DNA of 64,000 nt from Antedon mediterranea (taxonomy: Eukaryota > Animalia > Echinodermata), in assembly GCF_964355755.1 (NCBI RefSeq), contig NC_092680.1, positions 11,904,001 to 11,968,000 of the forward strand. Direction: 5' to 3'. Shown here one piece after another: positions 1 to 11,419 of this stretch. Every line of letters begins with the position of its first letter. Position 1 is the first letter of the stretch. The notes beneath the pieces were generated by a model that saw only the letters and a list, made by a program, of their open reading frames with translations, made no database searches and had not been told where the DNA came from. Made by a program: the position numbers and the translations under genes.

Positions 1-3000
1 AAAGTTTTTTCGAAAATCACAAAATAGTCTAAAACGTCTCCAAATGCGATTTGAAGCTATTCTGTACACTTTGATGTTTTGTGTGAAAAAGTTTTGTCGA
101 AATACTCAAAATGGTCTAAAACGTTTTTAAAACGATATTAAGCTATTTTGTGCTCTTTGATGTTTTTGTGTAACCAAGTTTCATCGAAAATCACAAAATG
201 GTCTAAAACGTCTCCAAATGCGATTTGAAGCTTTTCTAAGCACTTTGGTGTTTTTATGTTAACAAGTTTTTTTCGAAAATCACGAAATGGTCTAAAATGT
301 CTCCAAATGCGATTTTAAGATATTCTGAGCACTTTGGTGTTTTTATGTTAAAAAGTTTTTTCGAAAATCACAAAATGGTCTAAAACGTCTCCAAATGCGA
401 TTTGAAGCTCTTCTGTACACTTTGATGTTTTGCGTGAAAAAGTTTTGTCGAAATGCTCAAAATGGTCTAAAACGTTTTTAAATACGATATTAAGCTATTT
501 TGTGATCTTTGATGTTTTTGTGTGAAAAGTTTTATCAAAATGCTCAAAATGGTCTGAAACGGTTTCTAATGCGATTTGAAGCTATTCTGTACACTTTGAA
601 GTTTTGTGTGAAAAAGTTTTCTCGAAATGCTCAAAATGGTCTAAAACGTTTTTATATACCATATTAAGCTATTTTGTGCACTTTGATGTTTTTTGTGAAA
701 AGTTTTATCGAAATGCTCAAAATGGTCTAAAACGGTTTCTATTGGGATTTTAAACACTTTGATGATTTTGTGTAACCAAGTTTCATCGAAATGTACAAAA
801 TGGTCTAAAACGTCTCCAAATGCGATTTGAAGCTATTCTAAGTACTTTTGTGTTTTTATGTTAACAAGTTTTTTCGAAAATCACAAAATGGTCTAAAACG
901 TCTTCAAATGCGATTTGAAGCTATTCTGTACACTTTTATGTTTTGTGTGAAAAAGTTTTGTCGAAATTCTCAAAATGGTCTAAAACGTTTTTAAATACGA
1001 TATTAAGCTGTTTTGTGCACTTTGATGATTTGTGTGAAAAGTTTTAACGAAATGCTCAAAATGGTCAAAAACGGTTTCTAATGTGATTTTAAGCACTTTG
1101 ATGTTTTTGTGTAACCAAGTTTTCAAAAATCACAAAATGGTCTAAAACGTCTCCAAATGCGATTTGAAGATATTCTGAGCACTTTGGTGTTTTTATGTTA
1201 AAAAGTTTTTTCGAAAATCACAAAATAGTCTAAAACGTCTCCAAATGCGATTTGAAGCTATTCTGTACACTTTGATGTTTTGTGTGAAAAAGTTTTGTCG
1301 AAATGCTCAAAATGGTCTAAAACGTTTTTAAAACGATATTAAGCTATTTTGTGCTCTTTGATGTTTTTGTGTAACCAAGTTTCATCGAAAATCACAAAAT
1401 GGTCTAAAACGTCTCCAAATGCGATTTGAAGCTTTTCCAAGCACTTTGCTGTTTTTATGTTAACAAGTTTTTTCGAAAATCACAAAATGGTCTAAAACGT
1501 CTCCAAATGCGATTTGAAGCTCTTCTGTACACTTTGATGTTTTGTGTGAAAAAGTTTTGTCGAAATGCTCAAAATGGTCTAAAACGTTTTTAAATACGAT
1601 ATTAAGCTGTTTTGTGCACTTTGATGATTTGTGTGAAAAGTTTTAAAGAAATGCTCAAAATGGTCTAAAACGGTTTCTAATGTGATTTTAAGCACTTTGA
1701 TGTTTTTGTGTAACCAAGTTTTTTCGAAAATCACAAAATAGTCTAAAACGTCTCCAAATGCGATTTGAAGCTTTTCTAAGCACTTTGGTGTTTTTATGTT
1801 AACAAGTTTTTTCGAAATGTACAAAATGGTCTAAAACGTCTCCAAATGCGATTTGAAGCTATTCTAAGTACTTTTGTGTTTTTATGTTAACAAGTTTTTT
1901 CGAAAATCACAAAATGGTCTAAAACGTCTTCAAATGCGATTTGAAGCTATTCTGTACACTTTGATGTTTTGTGTGAAAAAGTTTTGTCGAAATGCTCAAA
2001 ATGGTCTAAAACGTTTTTAAAACGATATTAAGCTATTTTGTGCTCTTTGATGTTTTTGTGTAACCAAGTTTCATCGAAAATCACAAAATGGTCTAAAACG
2101 TCTCCAAATGCGATTTGAAGCTTTTCTAAGCACTTTGGTGTTTTTATGTTAACAAGTTTTTTCGAAAATCACAAAATGGTCTAAAACGTCTCCAAATGCG
2201 ATTTGAAGCTCTTCTGTACACTTTGATGTTTTGTGTGAAAAAGTTTTGTCGAAATTCTCAAAATGGTCTAAAACGTTTTTAAATACGATATTAAGCTGTT
2301 TTGTGCACTTTGATGATTTGTGTGAAAAGTTTTAACGAAATGCTCAAAATGGTCTAAAACGGTTTCTAATGTGATTTTAAGCACTTTGATGTTTTTGTGT
2401 AACCACGTTTTTTCGAAAATCACAAAATAGTCTAAAACGTCTCCAAATGCGATTTGAAGCTTTTCTAAGCACTTTGGTGTTTTTATGTTAACAAGTTTTT
2501 TTGAAAATCACAAAATGGTCTAAAACGTCTCCAAATGCGATTTGAAGATATTCTGAGCACTTTGGTGTTTTTATGTTAAAAAGTTTTTTCGAAAATCACA
2601 AAATAGTCTAAAACGTCTCCAAATGCGATTTGAAGCTATTCTGTACACTTTGATGTTTTGTGTGAAAAAGTTTTGTCGAAATACTCAAAATGGTCTAAAA
2701 CTTTTTTAAAACGATATTAAGCTATTTTGTGCTCTTTGATGTTTTTGTGTAACCAAGTTTCATCGAAAATCACAAAATGGTCTAAAACGTCTCCAAATGC
2801 GATTTGAAGCTTTTCTAAGCACTTTGGTGTTTTTATGTTAACAAGTTTTTTTCGAAAATCACGAAATGGTCTAAAATGTCTCCAAATGCGATTTGAAGAT
2901 ATTCTGAGCACTTTGGTGTTTTTATGTTAAAAAGTTTTTTCGAAAATCACAAAATGGTCTAAAACGTCTCCAAATGCGATTTGAAGCTTTTCTGTACACT

Positions 3001-6000
3001 TTGATGTTTTGTGTGAAAAAGTTTTGTCGAAATGCTCAAAATGGTCTAAAACGTTTTTAAATACGATATTAAGCTGTTTTGTGCACTTTAATGATTTGTG
3101 TGAAAAGTTTTAACGAAATGCTCAAAATGGTCTAAAACGGTTTCTAATGTGATTTTAAGCACTTTGATGTTTTTGTGTAACCAAGTTTTTTCGAAAATCA
3201 CAAAATGGTCTAAAACGTCTCCAAATGCGATTTGAAGCTTTTCTAAGCACTTTGGTGTTTTTATGTTAACAAGTTTTTTCGAAAATCACAAAATGGTCTA
3301 AAACGTCTCCAAATGCGATTTGAGGATATTCTGAGCACTTTGGTGTTTTTATGTTAAAAAGTTTTTTCGAAAATCACAAAATGGTCTACAACGTCTCCAA
3401 ATGCGTTTTTAAGCTATTCTGTACACTTTGATGTTTTGTGTGAAAAAGTTTTGTCGAAATGCTCAAAATGGTCTAAAACGTTTTTAAAACGATATTAAGC
3501 TATTTTGTGCTCTTTGATGTTTTTGTGTAACCAAGTTTCATCGAAATCAACAAAATGGTCTAATACGTCTCCAAATGCGATTTGAAGCTTTTCCAAGCAC
3601 TTTGCTGTTTTTATGTTAACAAGTTTTTTCGAAAATCACAAAATGGTCTAAAACGTCTTCAAATGCGATTTGAAGCTATTCTGTACACTTTGATGTTTTG
3701 TGTGAAAAAGTTTTGTCGAAATGCTCAAAATGGTCTAAAACGTTTTTAAATACGATATTAAGCTATTTTGTGATCTTTGATGTTTTTGTGTGAAAAGTTT
3801 TATCGAAATGCTCAAAATGGTCTAAAACGGTTTCTAATGCGATTTGAAGCTATTCTGTACCCTTTGAAGTTTTTTGTGAAAAAGTTTTCTCGAAATGCTC
3901 AAAATGGTCTAAAAAGTTTTTATATACCATATTAAGCTATTTTGTGCACTTTGATGTTTTTTGTGAAAAGTTTTATCGAAATGCTCAAAATGGTCTAAAA
4001 CGGTTTCTATTGTGATTTTAAGCACTTTGATGATTTTGTGTAACCAAGTTTCATCGAAATGTACAAAATGGTCTAAAACGTCTCCAAATGCGATTTGAAG
4101 CTATTCTAACTACTTTTGTGTTTTTATGTTAACGAGTTTTTTCGAAAATCACAAAATGGTCTAAAACGTCTTCAAATGCGATTTGAAGCTATTCTGTACA
4201 CTTTGATGTTTTGTGTGAAAAAGTTTTGTCGAAATGCTCAAAATGGTCTAAAACGTTTTTAAATACGATATTAAGCTATTTTGTGATCTTTGATGTTTTT
4301 GTGTGAAAAGTTTTATCGAAATGCTCAAAATGGTCTAAAACGGTTTCTAATGCGATTTGAAGCTATTCTGTACACTTTGAAGTTTTTTGTGAAAAAAGTT
4401 TTCTCGAAATGCTCAAAATGGTCTAAAACGTTTTTATATACCATATTAAGCTATTTTGTGCACTTTGATGTTTTTTGTGAAAAGTTTTATCGAAATTCTC
4501 AAAATGGTCTAAAACGGTTTCTATTGTGATTTTAAGCACTTTGATGATTTTGTGTAACCAAGTTTCATCGAAATGTACAAAATGGTCTAAAACGTCTCCA
4601 AATGCGATTTGAAGCTCTTCTGTACACTTTGATGTTTTGTGTGAAAAAGTTTTGTCGAAATTCTCAAAATGGTCTAAAACGTTTTTAAATACGATATTAA
4701 GCTGTTTTTTGCACTTTGATGATTTGTGTGAAAAGTTTTAACGAAATGCTCAAAATGGTCAAAAACGGTTTCTAATGTGATTTTAAGCACTTTGATGTTT
4801 TTGTGTAACCAAGTTTTTTCAAAAATCACAAAATGGTCTAAAACGTCTCCAAATGCGATTTGAAGCTTTTCTAAGCACTTTGGTGTTTTTATGTTAACAA
4901 GTTTTTTCGAAAATCACAAAATGGTCTAAAACGTCTCCAAATGCGATTTGAGGATATTCTGAGCACTTTTGTGTTTTTATGTTAAAAAGTTTTTTCGAAA
5001 ATCACAAAATGGTCTAAAACGTCTCCAAATGCGATTTGAAGCTATTCTGTACACTTTGATGTTTTGTGTGAAAAAGTTTTGTCGAAATGCTCAAAATGGT
5101 CTAAAACGTTTTTAAAACGATATTAAGCTATTTTGTGCTCTTTGATGTTTTTGTGTAACCAAGTTTCATCGAAATCAACAAAATGGTCTAATACGTCTCC
5201 AAATGCGATTTGAAGCTTTTCCAAGCACTTTGCTGTTTTTATGTTAACAAGTTTTTTCGAAAATCACAAAATGGTCTAAAACGTCTTCAAATGCGATTTG
5301 AAGCTATTCTGTACACTTTGATGTTTTGTGTGAAAAAGTTTTGTCGAAATGCTCAAAATGGTCTAAAACGTTTTTAAATACGATATAAAGCTATTTTGTG
5401 ATCTTTGATGTTTTTGTGTGAAAAGTTTTATCGAAATGCTCAAAATGGTCTAAAACGGTTTCTAATGCGATTTGAAGCTATTCTGTACCCTTTGAAGTTT
5501 TTTGTGAAAAAGTTTTCTCGAAATGCTCAAAATGGTCTAAAAAGTTTTTATATACCATATTAAGCTATTTTGTGCACTTTGATGTTTTTTGTGAAAAGTT
5601 TTATCGAAATGCTCAAAATGGTCTAAAACGGTTTCTATTGTGATTTTAAGCACTTTGATGATTTTGTGTAAACCAAGTTTCATCGAAATGTACAAAATGG
5701 TCTAAAACGTCTCCAAATGCGATTTGAAGCTATTCTAAGTACTTTTGTGTTTTTATGTTAACAAGTTTTTTCGAAAATCACAAAATGGTCTAAAACGTCT
5801 TCAAATGCGATTTGAAGCTATTCTGTAAACTTTGATGTTTTGTGTGAAAAAGTTTTGTCGAAATGCTCAAAATGGTCTAAAACGTTTTTAAATACGATAT
5901 TAAGCTATTTTGTGATCTTTGATGTTTTTGTGTGAAAAGTTTTATCGAAATGCTCAAAATGGTCTAAAACGGTTTCTAATGCGATTTGAAGCTATTCTGT

Positions 6001-6049
6001 ACACTTTGAAGTTTTTTGTGAAAAAGTTTTCTCGAAATGCTCAAAATGG

Positions 6050-6780
6050 TCTAAAACGTTTTTATATACCATATTAAGCTATTTTGTGCACTTTGATGTT
6101 TTTTGTGAAAAGTTTTATCGAAATTCTCAAAATGGTCTAAAACGGTTTCTATTGTGATTTTAAGCAATTTGATGATTTTGTGTAACCAAGTTTCATCGAA
6201 ATGTACAAAATGGTCTAAAACGTCTCCAAATGCGATTTGAAGCTCTTCTGTACACTTTGATGTTTTGTGTGAAAAAGTTTTGTCGAAATTCTCAAAATGG
6301 TCTAAAACGTTTTTATATACCATATTAAGCTATTTTGTGCACTTTGATGTTTTTTGTGAAAAGTTTTATCGAAATTCTCAAAATCGTCTAAAACGGTTTC
6401 TATTGTGATTTTAAGCAATTTGTTGATTTTGTGTAACCAAGTTTCATCGAAATGTACAAAATGGTCTAAAACGTCTCCAAATGCGATTTGAAGCTTTTCT
6501 GTACACTTTGATGTTTTGTGTGAAAAAGTTTTGTCGAAATTCTCAAAATGGTCTAAAACGTTTTTAAATACGATATTAAGCTGTTTTGTGCACTTTGATG
6601 TTTTTTGTGAAAAGTTTTATCGAAATTCTCAAAATGGTCTAAAACGGTTTCTATTGTGATTTTAAGCAATTTGATGATTTTGTGTAACCAAGTTTCATCG
6701 AAATGTACAAAATGGTCTAAAACGTCTCCAAATGCGATTTGAAGCTCTTCTGTACACTTTGATGTTTTGTGTGAAAAAGT
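6050..6780. repeat. Local 251 bp trimer (I-J-A type) in about 3 tandem copies
   Basis: The private variant TAAGCAATTTG starts at 6161, 6412 and 6663. The 251 bp spacing equals 86+78+87. Confidence 0.85.
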
Positions 6781-9496
6781 TTTGTCGAAATGCTCAAAAT
6801 GGTCTAAAACGTTTTTAAATACGATATTAAGCTGTTTTGTGCACTTTAATGATTTGTGTGAAAAGTTTTAACGAAATGCTCACAATGGTCTAAAACGGTT
6901 TCTAATGTGATTTTAAGCACTTTGATGTTTTTGTGTAACCAAGTTTTTTCGAAAATCACAAAATGGTCTAAAACGTCTCCAAATGCGATTTGAAGCTTTT
7001 CTAAGCACTTTGGTGTTTTTATGTTAACAAGTTTTTTCGAAAATCACAAAATGGTCTAAAACGTCTCCAAATGCGATTTGAGGATATTCTGAGCACTTTG
7101 GTGTTTTTATGTTAAAAAGTTTTTTCGAAAATCACAAAATGGTCTAAAACGTCTCAAAATGCGATTTGAAGCTATTCTGTACACTTTGATGTTTTGTGTG
7201 AAAAAGTTTTGTCGAAATGCTCAAAATGGTCTAAAACGTTTTTCAAACGATATTAAGCTATTTTTTGTTCTTTGATGTTTTTGTGTAACCAAGTTTCATC
7301 GAAATCAACAAAATGAATTTGAAGCTTTTCCAAGCACTTTGCTGTTTTTATGTTAACAAGTTTTTTCGAAAATCACAAAATGGTCTAAAACGTCTTCAAA
7401 TGCGATTTGAAGCTATTCTGTACACTTTTATGTTTTGTGTGAAAAAGTTTTGTCGAAATGCTCAAAATGGTCTAAAACGTTTTTAAATACGATATTAAGC
7501 TATTTTGTGATCTTTGATGTTTTTGTGTGAAAAGTTTTATCGAAATGCTCAAAATGGTCTAAAACGGTTTCTATTGTGATTTTGAGCACTTTGATGATTT
7601 TGTGTAACCAAGTTTCATCGAAATGTACAAAATGGTCTAAAACGTCTCCAAATGCGATTTGAAGCTATTCTAAGTACTTTTGTGTTTTTATGTTAACAAG
7701 TTTTTTCGAAAATCACAAAATGGTCTAAAACGTCTTCAAATGCGATTTGAAGCTATTCTGTACACTTTGATGTTTTGTGTGAAAAAGTTTTGTCGAAATG
7801 CTCAAAATGGTCTAAAACGTTTTTAAATACGATATTAAGCTATTTTGTGATCTTTGATGTTTTTGTGTGAAAAGTTTTATCGAAATGCTCAAAATGGTCT
7901 AAAACGGTTTCTATTGTGATTTTAAGCACTTTGATAATTTTGTGTAACCAAGTTTCATCGAAATGTACAAAATGGTCTAAAACGTCTCCAAATGTGATTT
8001 GAAGCTATTCTAAGTACTTTTGTGTTTTTATGTTAACAAGTTTTTTCGAAAATCACAAAATGGTCTAAAACGTCTTCAAATGCGATTTGAAGCTTTTCTA
8101 AGCACTTTGGTGTTTTTATGTTAACAAGTTTTTTCGAAAATCACGAAATGGTCTAAAATGTCTCCAAATGCGATTTGAAGATATTCTGAGCACTTAGATG
8201 TTTTTGTGTGAAAAGTTTTATCGAAATGCTCAAAGTGGTCTAAAACGGTTTCTAATGCGATTTGAAGCTATTCTGTACACTTTGAAGTTTTTTGTGAAAA
8301 AGTTTTCTCGAAATGCTCAAAATGGTCTAAAACGTTTTTATATACCATATTAAGCTATTTTGTGCACTTTTATGTTTTGTGTGAAAAAGTTTTGTCGAAA
8401 TTCTCAAAATGGTCTAAAACGTTTTTAAATACGATATTAAGCTGTTTTGTGCACTTTGATGATTTGTGTGAAAAGTTTTAACGAAATGCTCAAAATGGTC
8501 AAAAACAGTTTCTAATGTGATTTTAAGCACTTTGATGTTTTTGTGTAACCAAGTTTTTTCAAAAATCACAAAATGGTCTAAAACGTCTCCAAATGCGATT
8601 TGAAGCTTTTCTAAGCACTTTTGTGTTTTTATGTTAACAAGTTTTTTCGAAAATCACAAAATGGTCTAAAACGTCTTCAAATGCGATTTGAAGATATTCT
8701 GAGCACTTTGGTGTTTTTATGTTAAAAAGTTTTTTCGAAAATCACAAAATAGTCTAAAACGTCTCCAAATGCGATTTGAAGCTATTCTGTACACTTTGAT
8801 GTTTTGTGTGAAAAAGTTTTGTCGAAATGCTCAAAATGGTCTAAAACGTTTTTAAAACGATATTAAGCTATTTTGTGCTCTTTGATGTTTTTGTGTAACC
8901 AAGTTTCATCGAAAATCACAAAATGGTCTAAAACGTCTCCAAATGCGATTTGAAGCTTTTCTAAGAACTTTGGTGTTTTTATGTTAACAAGTTTTTTCGA
9001 AAATCTTGAAATGGTCTAAAATGTCTCCAAATGCGATTTGAAGATATTCTGAGCACTTTGGTGTTTTTATGTTAAAAAGTTTTTTCGAAAATCACAAAAT
9101 GGTCTAAAACGTCTCCAAATGCGATTTGAAGCTCTTCTGTACACTTTGATGTTTTGTGTGAAAAAGATTTGTCGATATGCTCAAAATGGTCTAAAACGTT
9201 TTTAAATACGATATTAAGCTGTTTTGTGCACTTTAATGATTTATGTGAAAAGTTTTACGAAATGCTCAAAATGGTCTAAAACGGTTTCTAATGTGATTTT
9301 AAGCACTTTGATGTTTTTGTGTAACCAAGTTTTTTCGAAAATCACAAAATGGTCTAAAACGTCTCCAAATGCGATTTCAAGCTTTTCTAAGCACTTTGGT
9401 GTTTTTATGTTAACAAGTTTTTTCGAAAATCACAAAATGGTCTAAAACGTCTCCAAATGCGATTTGAGGATATTCTGAGCACGTTGGTGTTTTTTG

Positions 9497-9591
9497 AAAC
9501 TTTTTCACACAAAACATCAAAGTGTACAGAATAGCTTCAAATGCGATTTGAAGCTATTCTGTACACTTTGATGTTTTGTGTGAAAAAGTTT
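9497..9591. repeat. Perfect inverted repeat with 46 bp arms and a 3 nt GCG spacer (hairpin/cruciform-forming)
   Basis: 9497-9542 AAACTTTTTCACACAAAACATCAAAGTGTACAGAATAGCTTCAAAT is the exact reverse complement of 9546-9591 ATTTGAAGCTATTCTGTACACTTTGATGTTTTGTGTGAAAAAGTTT. Checked base by base. Confidence 0.97.
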
Positions 9592-11419
9592 TGTCGAAAT
9601 GCTCAAAATGGTCTAAAACGTTTTTAAATACGATATTAGGCTATTTTGTGATCTTTGATGTTTTTGTGTGAAAAGTTTTATCGAAATGCTCAAAATGGTC
9701 TAAAACGGTTTCTATTGTGATTTTAAGCACTTTGATGATTTTGTGTAACCAAGTTTCATCGAAATGTACAAAATGGTCTAAAACGTCTCCAAATGCGATT
9801 TGAAGCTATTCTAAGTACTTTTGTGTTTTTATGTTAACAAGTTTTTTCGAAAATCACAAAATGGTCTAAAACGTCTTCAAATGCGATTTGAAGCTATTCT
9901 GTACACTTTGATGTTTTGTGTGAAAAAGTTTTGTCAAAATGCTCAAAATGGTCTAAAACGTTTTTAAAACGATATTAAGCTATTTTGTGCTCTTTGATGT
10001 TTTTGTGTAACCAAGTTTCATCGAAAATCACAAAATGGTCTAAAACGTCTCCAAATGCGATTTGAAGCTTTTCTAAGCACTTTGGTGTTTTTATGTTAAC
10101 AAGTTTTTTCGAAAATCACAAAATGGTCTAAAACGTCTCCAAATGCGATTTGAAGCTCTTCTGTACACTTTGATGTTTTGTGTGAAAAAGTTTTGTCGAA
10201 ATTCTCAAAATGGTCTAAAACGTTTTTAAATACGATATTAAGCTGTTTTGTGCACTTTGATGATTTGTGTGAAAAGTTTTAACGAAATGCTCAAAATGGT
10301 CAAAAACGGTTTCTAATGTGATTTTAAGCACTTTGATGTTTTTGTGTAACCAAGTTTTTTCGAAAATCACAAAATGGTCTAAAACGTCTCCAAATGCGAT
10401 TTGAAGCTTTTCTAAGCACTTTGGTGTTTTTATGTTAACAAGTTTTTTCGAAAATCACAAAATGGTCCAAAACGTCTCCAAATGCGATTTGAAGATATTC
10501 TGAGCACTTTGATGTTTTTATGTTAAAAAGTTTTTTCGAAAATCACAAAATGGTCTAAAACGTCTTCAAATGCGATTTGAAGCTATTCTGTACACTTTGA
10601 TGTTTTGTGTGAAAAAGTTTTGTCGAAATGCTCAAAATGGTCTAAAACGGTTTCTAATGCGATTTGAAGCTATTCTGTACACTTTTAAGTTTTGTGTGAA
10701 AAAGTTTTCTCGAAATGCTCAAAATGGTCTAAAACGTTTTTATATACCATATTAAGCTATTTTGTGCACTTTGATGTTTTTTGTGAAAAGTTTTATCGAA
10801 ATTCTCAAAATGGTCTAAAACGGTTTCTATTGTGATTTTAAGCACTTTGATGATTTTGTGTAACCAAGTTTCATCGAAATGTACAAAATGGTCTAAAACG
10901 TCTCCAAATGCGATTTGAAGCTATTCTAAGTACTTTTTTGTTTTTATGTTAACAAGTTTTTTCGAAAATCACAAAATGGTCTAAAACGTCTTCAAATGCG
11001 ATTTGAAGCTATTCTGTACACTTTGATGTTTTGTGTGAAAAAGTTTTGTCGAAATGCTCAAAATGGTCTAAAACGTTTTTAAATACGATATTAAGCTATT
11101 TTGTGATCTTTGATGTTTTTGTGTGAAAAGTTTTATCGAAATGCTCAAAATGGTCTAAAACGGTTTCTATTGTGATTTTAAGCACTTTGATGATTTTGTG
11201 TAACCAAGTTTCATCGTAATGTACAAAATGGTCTAAAACGTCTCCAAATGCGATTTGAAGCTATTCTAAGTACTTTTGTGTTTTTATGTTAACAAGTTTT
11301 TTCGAAAATCACAAAATGGTCTAAAACGTCTTCAAATGCGATTTGAATCTATTCTGTACACTTTGGTGTTTTTATGTTAAAAAGTTTTTTTGAAAATCAC
11401 AAAAAGGTCTAAAACGTCT

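Noticed and set aside
271-287. CENP-B-box-like TTTCGAAAATCACGAAA
   Set aside because: It matches TTCG and CG spacing but only 6 of the 9 essential positions of nTTCGnnnnAnnCGGGn. It lacks the A and the GG, and occurs only in a subset of C monomers.
9497-9591. MITE, miRNA precursor or terminator reading of the hairpin
   Set aside because: Both arms are pure satellite sequence. There is no target-site duplication, internal sequence or associated gene, and a template switch explains it more simply. Hairpin small-RNA production cannot be judged from sequence.
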